A stretch of 64,000 nucleotides of DNA from NCBI GenBank assembly GCA_965217585.1, contig OZ244561.1, positions 1,440,001 through 1,504,000 of the forward strand, in the 5' to 3' direction. Every line of letters begins with the position of its first letter. Within the stretch, counting starts at the first letter, position 1. Origin of the DNA: Candidatus Latescibacterota bacterium (GTDB lineage Bacteria > Latescibacterota > UBA2968 > UBA8231). The notes below the pieces were generated by a model. The model was given only the letters and a program-made list of their open reading frames with translations, was not told where the DNA came from and did not search any database. Shown here in pieces: positions 1 through 6,860 of this stretch. The position numbers were made by a program, and so were the translations under genes.

Positions 1-780
1 TTCCACCTCAAACTCGTCGCCGTGCTCGTGGTGCCGCCGGAGGACGCGGCGCACCGCAGTGACGACCCGCTCGACGTCATCCAAATCCTCGACGAAAAGC
101 GTGAGTTCCGAGAAGTGATCCACGCCCCGCAGCCGCTTTTGGGCCGTGGTGTACGGGACCAACACTATATTGCCCTCACTCCTGCCAAAGCGGACGCGCT
201 CGTCGAGCACGCCAATGACCACATAGCGATCGCCGTTGAGCAGGATTTCCTTGCCCAGCGGGTCGGCCTCCTGAAAGAGGTCTTTATGTACATCACCGCC
301 GAGCAGGCAAACCTTGCGGGCGAGGCGCAAGTCTAACGCGCTCAGGGGCCGGCCGCCGAGCACGGGCCAGTTGAAGCCCTCGTTGAACGCAGCGGATGTG
401 CCCTTATAGCTCGCATCCACCGTGGTTTTGCCGCGCTGTAGGGAGGCACTGCCTTGAACCCCGGGCACGAGCGCGTGCAGCCCGTCGATTTCCCGCTGCA
501 TGGCCACCATGTCGGCCTCGGTCAAGTACTCCTGCCAAGGGCGGCGCACCCAGCGGCCATCCTTGCGCACCCACTGACGCGGCGGCTCCACCTTGATCAT
601 GCCCGCCCCGCCGCTGAAGACAAACTGCGAGATCACTTGGCGGCGCAATCCCTCCCCCAGCGACACCACGGCAATAATGGCCGCCACGCCAATGACAATC
701 CCCAACAGCGTCAGCAGCGAGCGCAGCTTGTGCGCCCTAAGCTGACCCAAGCCGGCGAAGAGGGGTTCGAGAAGGGTCAT
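1..780 (-). CDS. MacB/FtsX-family ABC transporter permease (runs off the window edge)
   Basis: Not in the ORF track. Minus-strand translation from ATG at 780 gives MTLLEPLFAGLGQLRAHKLRSLLTLLGIVIGVAAIIAVVSLGEG, the typical MacB N-terminus. Confidence 0.9.
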   Translation of the reverse strand, partial: MTLLEPLFAGLGQLRAHKLRSLLTLLGIVIGVAAIIAVVSLGEGLRRQVISQFVFSGGAGMIKVEPPRQWVRKDGRWVRRPWQEYLTEADMVAMQREIDGLHALVPGVQGSASLQRGKTTVDASYKGTSAAFNEGFNWPVLGGRPLSALDLRLARKVCLLGGDVHKDLFQEADPLGKEILLNGDRYVVIGVLDERVRFGRSEGNIVLVPYTTAQKRLRGVDHFSELTLFVEDLDDVERVVTAVRRVLRRHHEHGDEFEVE

Positions 781-796
781 CAGTGTTTTTCATCCT
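775..796. repeat. Degenerate direct repeat of the MFP-stop/MacB-start junction (copy A; copy B at 2738-2759)
   Basis: ggtcatcagtgtttttcatcct versus ggtcatcagcgttcctcgtcct, 18/22 identical; both read TGATG on the minus strand. Confidence 0.7.
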
Positions 797-822
797 TCGG
801 GTCGAAGATGTTAAAGTGCTAA

Positions 823-957
823 CTGATGTTACGCAGCTTTGTGCAGCGTCTGCCGCTTGCTACCACCGACCCGGTGTCATTCCCGCGCAAGCGGGAATCC
901 AGGGGGCGGTCATTCATCGAGCTACCGCTACCGGCTGTCAGAACTGCGTAACGTCAG
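823..957. mobile_element. MITE-like element with 14-bp terminal inverted repeats, a 7-bp target duplication and an internal REP/dRS3-like palindrome
   Basis: Ends are ctgatgttacgcag and ctgcgtaacgtcag. GTGCTAA flanks both sides (816-822, 958-964). Internal gtcattcccgcgcaagcgggaatccag at 876-902. Confidence 0.85.
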
Positions 958-1038
958 GTGCTAAAGATAAGTTAGATGAATCACAATCCCAAAACGACAC
1001 CGAGAATTCTGCTGCTGCTAATTTGCACTACCAATTTG

Positions 1039-1076
1039 CATTGACTAAATTTATTCATCGTCCATTGACTAAATTT
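1039..1076 (+). promoter_or_regulatory. 14-bp direct repeat (cattgactaaattt x2) in the AT-rich leader of the AAA ATPase; possible operator/promoter
   Basis: Copies at 1039-1052 and 1063-1076, each containing the -35-like TTGACT. Confidence 0.5.
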
Positions 1077-1103
1077 TTACAATAAACGTAACTACATATA
1101 TCA

Positions 1104-2489
1104 ATGAACTTAGAAGAATTCCAAATTCACAATAGCCATCTCGACGGCACCTTTTCCGACCTCGACCCGCACCTCAGACGCCTGCGCGATCAGCCCCTAA
1201 TCTATCGCTTTCCCCTCCTCGACCGCCTGCCGCGCAACCAGCCAGGCATTTACACTGTGGGCGGGGGCCGCCAGATTGGCAAGACGACCCTACTCAAACA
1301 GTGGATGGCCGACCTGCTGGCAACCGGCCTTGACCCAGCCCGTCTGCGCTTTTTCACCGGTGAACTCATCGACGATCACCACGCGCTAGTGCGCTTGGTA
1401 TCGACTCTACTGCGAGAAATGCCCACCGAGGACCGGCGCTATGTCCTGCTCGACGAAGTGACCTATATCGCCGGTTGGGACAAGGGGATCAAGTACCTCG
1501 CCGACGCCGGCTTACTCGAAGGCGTCGTGCTCATTGCGACCGGCTCGGACATGGCGGTCATCCAAGAGGCCCGCATGCGTTTTCCCGGCCGCAGAGGGCA
1601 AGCCGCGGCCGTTGACTTTCACCTCCATCCCCTCAGCTTTGCCGCGGCCGTGGGGCTAAAGCGCTCGCTGAGCAACCAAGAGTTGCTACAATTAGCACAG
1701 CCTAGATCGCCGCTATCCGCAGAAACCGAGCAAGTCCTGCGCGAGGAATTTCTCGCCTATCTAGTCCACGGCGGCTTTCTCACCGCCATTAACGATATGG
1801 CCCGCCACGACCGCATCCTCCCGGCCACATTCGCCACGTACAGCGACTGGATACGCGGCGATATGCTCAAACGCGGCAAGCAGGAACACTATTTGGGCGA
1901 AGTGCTGGCCGCCATTGTCCGCTGCTGCGGCACCCAGACCACTTATAACGCCTTGGCCCGCACACTCAGCATAGACCATCCCGCTACCGTGAGCGACTAT
2001 GTCGCCCTGCTCACCTCTATGGATGTCCTCCGCGTCCAGCCGGCCCTGCGCGAGGACAAGCTGACCGGTGCGCCGAAAAAGGCACGCAAAATCAGCTTTT
2101 GCGATCCCTTCATTTTTCACGCCGTGCAAAGCTGGCTGCACGCGGCGCAGGACCCTTTCGCCGCCCAAGTGCGCCCCCTCCTCGCCGACCCCGAGCGCAC
2201 CGCCCCCTTAGTAGAAGCCTGCGCCGTTGCCCATTATAGCCGTCGCTATCCCACCTACTATATCAAAGGCGAGGGCGAAGTGGATATCGCCTATGTAAAA
2301 GACGGTCGTTTTTGGCCCGTGGAAATCAAGTGGACGGGCCAGTTGCGGCCTAAGACGCTCAAACAGATAGGCAAGTACGCCAACAGCCGCGTCCTCGCCC
2401 GCCGGAGTGCGCCGGCGAGAATAGGAGATATTCCCGTCGAGTTCCTGCCCCAGACCCTGTTGCGCCTAGACCTAGAGGCGCGGCCTTAA
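1104..2489 (+). CDS. AAA_14/DUF4143-type ATP-binding protein with a C-terminal PD-(D/E)xK-like domain
   Basis: Walker A GGRQIGKTT, Walker B VLLDEV, ATGS, GGF, and C-terminal EVDIA...VEIK. Confidence 0.88.
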   Translation: MNLEEFQIHNSHLDGTFSDLDPHLRRLRDQPLIYRFPLLDRLPRNQPGIYTVGGGRQIGKTTLLKQWMADLLATGLDPARLRFFTGELIDDHHALVRLVSTLLREMPTEDRRYVLLDEVTYIAGWDKGIKYLADAGLLEGVVLIATGSDMAVIQEARMRFPGRRGQAAAVDFHLHPLSFAAAVGLKRSLSNQELLQLAQPRSPLSAETEQVLREEFLAYLVHGGFLTAINDMARHDRILPATFATYSDWIRGDMLKRGKQEHYLGEVLAAIVRCCGTQTTYNALARTLSIDHPATVSDYVALLTSMDVLRVQPALREDKLTGAPKKARKISFCDPFIFHAVQSWLHAAQDPFAAQVRPLLADPERTAPLVEACAVAHYSRRYPTYYIKGEGEVDIAYVKDGRFWPVEIKWTGQLRPKTLKQIGKYANSRVLARRSAPARIGDIPVEFLPQTLLRLDLEARP

Positions 2490-2492
2490 TAC

Positions 2493-2713
2493 CTGATGTT
2501 ACGCAGTCGTTATCGTCTGCGGCTTCCTGCCGTCCTCCAATTGTCATTCCCGCGAAAGCGGGAATCCAGCTCCACGCACGATGCGGAATACGGCGCACTC
2601 AATCGAGTCGTCGAGTCGCTCAGCGGTTCGACGGAGCGCACCGAAGCCCGAACCGCCGAGGGGTACTCTGGATGCCTGCTTTCGCAGGCATGACAAAAGC
2701 TGCGTGACATCAG
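2493..2713. mobile_element. Second MITE of the same family, carrying an inverted pair of REP/dRS3-like palindromes
   Basis: Ends are ctgatgttacgcag and ctgcgtgacatcag. TTAATAC is duplicated at 2486-2492 and 2714-2720. REP copies at 2543-2569 and, inverted, 2668-2694. Confidence 0.88.
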
Positions 2714-2737
2714 TTAATACCTAGGACGATCAAGGGC

Positions 2738-2759
2738 GGTCATCAGCGTTCCTCGTCCT
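2738..2759. repeat. Copy B of the junction repeat (current end of the MFP gene)
   Basis: 18/22 identical to 775-796. Confidence 0.7.
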
Positions 2760-4056
2760 CGTCCTGCTCCTCGTCCTGCTCCTCGTCCTTGTCCTTGTCC
2801 TCCAGTTTGCTGCGAATGACGCTTGGGTCTTCGGCGACGCGGTCGCCGCTAGCGAGGCCGGAGAGGATTTCGAGGCGGGTCGAAGTCTCAATGCCGATGG
2901 TCAATTCCACCTCGGCGAAGGCGCTGAGCGGCAGTTGCAGCGCGCTGTCTGGGCGCGTGCTATCCGGGCGCGTGCTGTCCGGAACGGCGGCTAACGAATC
3001 CGGCGACTGGGCGACATACGCGACAAAGCGACCGGGCGTGCCCTCGCCGCGCTCGTCTTCTTCGTCCTCGTCGTCAAAGACCTCCAGCACCCGCTCGACC
3101 GGCAGGTACACCGCGCTGTCGCGGCGCGCAAAGAGAATGTCGATGTCGCAGGACATGCCCTGGCGCAAACGCGGCGCGTGGTCGGTAATCTCGATCTCGG
3201 TGTCAAAGGTGACGATGGTGCTGCCCTGCTTCTGCTGGCCCACCGGCGCGACCCAGCGCACCCGGCCGCTATACGTGGTGTCGGGATACGCATCCACGAC
3301 CATGTTCACGTCTTGGCCGACCTGCACCCGGCCAATGTCGATTTCCGCGATGTCGCCGCGCACGATCATCTGGCTGGGGTCGCCGATTTCAAAGAGTACC
3401 GTTCCGCCGGAATACGACGAGAGTCCAGAGGCCACCACCTCGCCGATTTCTACGTTGCGGCGGATGACAATGCCGTCGATCGGGGCGAGGACGCGCATCT
3501 CGTCGAGCGCGACTTGGTCTTGCCCGAGTTGGTCGCGGTGTAGGTTAGCCTTGGCTTCGAGCATGTCGAGTTCGAGCTGGGCCAAGCGCAGGCTAGTGCG
3601 CACGCGCGTCAGACGCACCTCGGCTTCCTCAAACTGCTTGGCCGGCACCATCTTGCTGTCGAAGAGGGCCTTCTGGCGCGCGAAGTTGCGCTCCTCTTCC
3701 GCCAAGTTGATCTTGCCCTGCTCCACACCTGAGCGCTTCTGATATAATTGCAGCGATTGATTGGGGTCTGGCTCGATGACGACCATCAGCTCACCCGTCT
3801 CCACCCACGCGCCGGCCTCGATGGGCAAATCGCGGATTTCGCCGGCAATCGTCGATTTGACCTCCACGGTCCGCACCAGCTCAATGCGGCCCGTTTCGGC
3901 TAGCTTATCGACGACCGCGCCCCGCTCGACTAGCGCAGTGGCATAGGTCTCTTCGGCCTTTTCTTGCCGCAAGTTGAAATAGACCGCAGCCCCGACCGAG
4001 CCGGCCAAGAGCAAGAAGACGAAGAGCTTCAAAAGGCCGCGCTTCTTGGTCGCCAC
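2743..4056 (-). CDS. Efflux periplasmic adaptor / membrane fusion protein (MacA/YknX-like)
   Basis: Single N-terminal TM helix, lipoyl halves (VKSTIAGEI; LAPIDGIV...VEIGEVV), coiled coil, LRQGMS motif. Probable start is GTG at 4056 (MATKKRG). Acidic tail. Confidence 0.9.
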   Translation of the reverse strand: MATKKRGLLKLFVFLLLAGSVGAAVYFNLRQEKAEETYATALVERGAVVDKLAETGRIELVRTVEVKSTIAGEIRDLPIEAGAWVETGELMVVIEPDPNQSLQLYQKRSGVEQGKINLAEEERNFARQKALFDSKMVPAKQFEEAEVRLTRVRTSLRLAQLELDMLEAKANLHRDQLGQDQVALDEMRVLAPIDGIVIRRNVEIGEVVASGLSSYSGGTVLFEIGDPSQMIVRGDIAEIDIGRVQVGQDVNMVVDAYPDTTYSGRVRWVAPVGQQKQGSTIVTFDTEIEITDHAPRLRQGMSCDIDILFARRDSAVYLPVERVLEVFDDEDEEDERGEGTPGRFVAYVAQSPDSLAAVPDSTRPDSTRPDSALQLPLSAFAEVELTIGIETSTRLEILSGLASGDRVAEDPSVIRSKLEDKDKDEEQDEEQDEDEER

Positions 4057-4057
4057 C

Positions 4058-4747
4058 TCAACCTCCAGGGTTGAGGGTGCTGAAGAATGCACCGATGGCG
4101 AGGAAGAGCAGCGTGATGGCTGCAACGCCCGCATAGGCGCGGCTGCGCTCTACCTGCCCGACGATAGCTAAACCGAGGCCGGCGATGACCACCATCCAGA
4201 CGACAAGGGGATCAATGGAGCTCAATAAAGCTCCCCCGAAACTTTTTCGGGCCTCCTCGGAAAGGAACATCCCCAACCCTATCTGCACATTCATCGTCTC
4301 ATTGGCCAAGACCAGCGGCGTCTTGACAACATGCTGGATAATGGCAATCAGCGACGTGTACGCTACTATGGCCAAGCACTGACCATAGCCGAGCAAGCCG
4401 CCGAGTAATTTGCCTACCAAGAGGTAAATCGCAGCACCAATAAAGAGCATGACAAACGTCATAACCGGCGCGGCAACCAGCCCGCTGATCCGTATGGCGT
4501 CTCCAGTGCCCTCCACACTGGGCTGTTCCGCGGGCGTCTGTTCCCGTATCTGCTCCATCATCTCGGCCACGTAGATAGGCGAGGTTAAATACGTGGAGAT
4601 GAAGATCACCACCGCGACTATAACGGTCGGCAGCAGCCAGTCGGCGGCACTGCGCTGCTCGGCTACGGCCTCAAAGGTCTCGGATGGAGCGTAGAAGACG
4701 CGCAACATGCGGCCGACGACGCTCATTTCTGCTTGGGGAGCTTCCAT
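4058..4747 (-). CDS. Yip1-family (YknW-like) membrane protein
   Basis: VFYAPSETFE motif and about 5 TM helices, directly upstream of the MFP. Probable start MEAPQ at 4747. Confidence 0.8.
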   Translation of the reverse strand: MEAPQAEMSVVGRMLRVFYAPSETFEAVAEQRSAADWLLPTVIVAVVIFISTYLTSPIYVAEMMEQIREQTPAEQPSVEGTGDAIRISGLVAAPVMTFVMLFIGAAIYLLVGKLLGGLLGYGQCLAIVAYTSLIAIIQHVVKTPLVLANETMNVQIGLGMFLSEEARKSFGGALLSSIDPLVVWMVVIAGLGLAIVGQVERSRAYAGVAAITLLFLAIGAFFSTLNPGG

Positions 4748-4859
4748 GGCGGTTCCTTTGTGGGGGTGAAGGTTTTTCGCCTCTAGCGGCGAATGCTCCG
4801 TCCATTGAAGCAAACTAACGATTGCCTATCACAGTTCCAAACAAAGTCCCAGAGGACCG

Positions 4860-5849
4860 CTATAGCCACTGCAACAAGAACCGAGCCAGTGCCTCCTCTA
4901 GGCTCAGCAGACCCTGGACGTACTCGCGGATGCGCTTTAGCATGGCCGCCGGATCGTTGCACGCTCCCTTGAAGAACAAGACGCGCGTCGCTTCCCAACG
5001 CCGGCTTATGTCCCCAAAGGTATCAGCCGCGGCCGACAGGGCACCCAAGCCGGTTGCCGCCGCCAGCCTCCGCAAATTGTCGTCTAGCCGCCGCCGCTGA
5101 GGGCCGAGTAGGGATATCTGGATGAACACCTCCCGCATCCAAGTGCGCAGGCTCTCTTCGTCCTGCTCGGTCTGATGTTCCATCTCCTCGACAAAGCGCT
5201 GCGCAGCCGGTAGGCCCGTCTCTACCCGGCCGACCTTGTTGCCCGCGAGCATCTCCCGCACATCCTCCAAGAGGACCTGCCCCATTTTTTCAACTGGATA
5301 AGGGTCGAGACCCTCGGGCACCGCGTAGTCGTACACCACCAACTCGGACAGCATCTCGGGCAGACAAGAAAGCGGAACCTGTCCCACAAAGCCCTGCGGA
5401 TTGACCAAGATCATCAACGCATCCGCCGCTTGATCGTACCCGTAGATGAGCATGGCTTCGCTCGCGCCGGGGGTGTGATTGTATCGAAAGGCCGCATCGC
5501 TCACCTTGTGAACATCGACCCAAGCGAGCAGCACCCGGTCTGCGGCAATTGACTCCTCAATGGCCTGCCACAGGTCGGCAAAATTGTCGCGGCGCACCTC
5601 GCGGCGCTCAATTCCGTAGAGATAGTACAAATTGCGATGGATAAGCTCGTTGGCGGGCAGGCCGACTGGCATTCTCTCCTCGGAGTCAAAAAAGAACGAC
5701 CAGCTCATCAAGGCCCCGTAGTACGCTCGCTCGTCGGCGAGCTGGGGGCTGTAGTATTGGAGCTCGGCCATAATAGTCTCCCCAGAGGCGAACAACATAG
5801 GATCCCCCTCGACTCGGTATAGATTAACAGGGCGACGTACCTTTTTCAC
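4860..5849 (-). CDS. BtrH-like papain-fold protein, apparently lacking the catalytic residues
   Basis: IEESIAADRVLLAWVD...MLIYGYD pattern and a helical C-terminal domain resemble BtrH_N/DUF4872 proteins. Confidence 0.6.
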   Translation of the reverse strand: MKKVRRPVNLYRVEGDPMLFASGETIMAELQYYSPQLADERAYYGALMSWSFFFDSEERMPVGLPANELIHRNLYYLYGIERREVRRDNFADLWQAIEESIAADRVLLAWVDVHKVSDAAFRYNHTPGASEAMLIYGYDQAADALMILVNPQGFVGQVPLSCLPEMLSELVVYDYAVPEGLDPYPVEKMGQVLLEDVREMLAGNKVGRVETGLPAAQRFVEEMEHQTEQDEESLRTWMREVFIQISLLGPQRRRLDDNLRRLAAATGLGALSAAADTFGDISRRWEATRVLFFKGACNDPAAMLKRIREYVQGLLSLEEALARFLLQWL

Positions 5850-6010
5850 AGTATCCTCAATCGGTTAGAGGGTGAGTTGGCAAAGTCAGGGCAAGGCGCA
5901 CATATAGAGTGGTCTAAAAAGGATTTCTGCTCTAGACAGCGGATGGGATGGTAATGAGCAAGTCGCCTTGGGCCGAGGCGGGCTTTCACCGCGCCTTCAG
6001 GCGTGAACAT
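5846..6010 (-). CDS. Putative 54-aa leader/small ORF (MFTPEGAVKARLGPRRLAHYHPIRCLEQKSFLDHSICAPCPDFANSPSNRLRIL)
   Basis: AAGGAG 7 nt upstream of the ATG; its TGA overlaps the GTG start of the next gene (GTGA). Codon usage is atypical. Confidence 0.3.
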   Translation of the reverse strand: MFTPEGAVKARLGPRRLAHYHPIRCLEQKSFLDHSICAPCPDFANSPSNRLRIL

Positions 6011-6207
6011 GACCCATCTCCTTCGGAGAAGGGGACAGGAGGCCCCCGAAGGGGCCGGGTCGTGTCCAACATTCCCTGCAGAATGCAGCGATGTCTCTAC
6101 CTATTCGCCAAGGCGGAGGGAGCGACCCTTCGCCGGGTTTCGGCTTTTGTATTCAGCAGATAACCCGACTAAGGCGGGATCTGCAAGGAATGCTGGACAG
6201 CCTGAAG
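5961..6207 (-). ncRNA. Candidate structured ncRNA or cis-regulatory leader (unassigned; strand uncertain)
   Basis: 20-bp long-range stem 6063-6082/6180-6199 with two G-U pairs on the minus strand, 8-bp outer stem 5995-6002/6200-6207, and several internal hairpins including a UUCG loop. Confidence 0.55.
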
Positions 6208-6257
6208 ATAGGGGGAGATGGCCGCTGGCGACAAGGCAACCTTGTTGGGTAATGGGC

Positions 6258-6288
6258 AAAAAAAAACCAGCCCCTTTGCGGGGCTGGT
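6258..6288 (-). terminator. Intrinsic terminator after DUF1854
   Basis: accagcccc-gcaaa-ggggctggt followed by a T run on the minus strand. Confidence 0.85.
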
Positions 6289-6314
6289 CGGCATGCTGCA
6301 ACGGCGAGCGCTAG

Positions 6315-6860
6315 TCAGACGACCTGTTCAACCGCTGCCAAACTCTTCTTATCCAATTCGTCGAGGTGCGGAATTTCAAAGCGGTTGCCGTCCACGTCGG
6401 TGATCAGCAGCCGGTGGTCGCCGAGCCAGTGGGCGTTTTCCGAGACGTTCTGGACGACGAACTCGCGCGGGCCGCGGTCGGTCTGCACGTCCCAATAAGA
6501 AGTGCCGTATTCGTTGCGCACCGCATTGACTCGCTGAATCGCCGCGGTCAAATAGCGGCGGTCCAGTTCCTCCTCAATCAAGGCGCGCGCCTCTAAGTCG
6601 AGCTGTTTGAGGTCGTCGATCATACAGATCTCCTCGTCTTTGGCGTCGAGGAGGCAGATATAGCGGGTCGGGTGGGACAGCGGCGCGGCGCGGACGACCT
6701 TGACCTTCAGATACGAGCGGTCGCCGTCGATGGTCAAGCGCAAGATCCAAGCCGGCTCGCGGAAGAGGCGCAGATTGCCAATTTCTACGTGCTCGGGGTG
6801 AGTCACGGAAATCGGAGTGATCGCTAGTTTTTCGTCATTTGTCATTGCGTCGTTCCTCAC
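6315..6860 (-). CDS. DUF1854 family protein
   Basis: RAAPLSHPTRYICLLD, ELDRRY, WDVQTDRG, LLITDVDGNRF motifs; coupled to the ABC genes. Confidence 0.85.
   Translation of the reverse strand: MRNDAMTNDEKLAITPISVTHPEHVEIGNLRLFREPAWILRLTIDGDRSYLKVKVVRAAPLSHPTRYICLLDAKDEEICMIDDLKQLDLEARALIEEELDRRYLTAAIQRVNAVRNEYGTSYWDVQTDRGPREFVVQNVSENAHWLGDHRLLITDVDGNRFEIPHLDELDKKSLAAVEQVV

Noticed and set aside
22-822. Plus-strand ORFs 22-336 and 454-822, and the many similar long antisense ORFs across the window
   Set aside because: They are shadows of real genes on the opposite strand in high-GC DNA and show no family motifs.
783-1085. ORFs containing VIPAQAGIQ / SFPRKRES / WIPAFAGMT (also around 2359-2710)
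   Set aside because: These are translations of the REP-like palindromes inside the MITEs.
823-2713. Composite transposon carrying the ATPase between two MITEs
   Set aside because: Each MITE has its own distinct 7-bp target duplication, which indicates separate insertions.
2745-2985. Short repeats in the MFP gene (DEEQ x2 tail; PDSTR x2-3)
   Set aside because: Ordinary low-complexity linker and tail expansions.
5975-5995. Group II intron domain V-like gcggtgaaagcccgc on the minus strand
   Set aside because: No AGC/CGC triad stem, no domain VI and no reverse transcriptase nearby.
6100-6190. SAM-I or c-di-GMP-I riboswitch resemblance (ggcggaggga...; gccgaaacccggcgaa)
   Set aside because: The conserved cores (AUCAAGAG and GCAAC; GAAA loop with GACGCAAAG) are absent.
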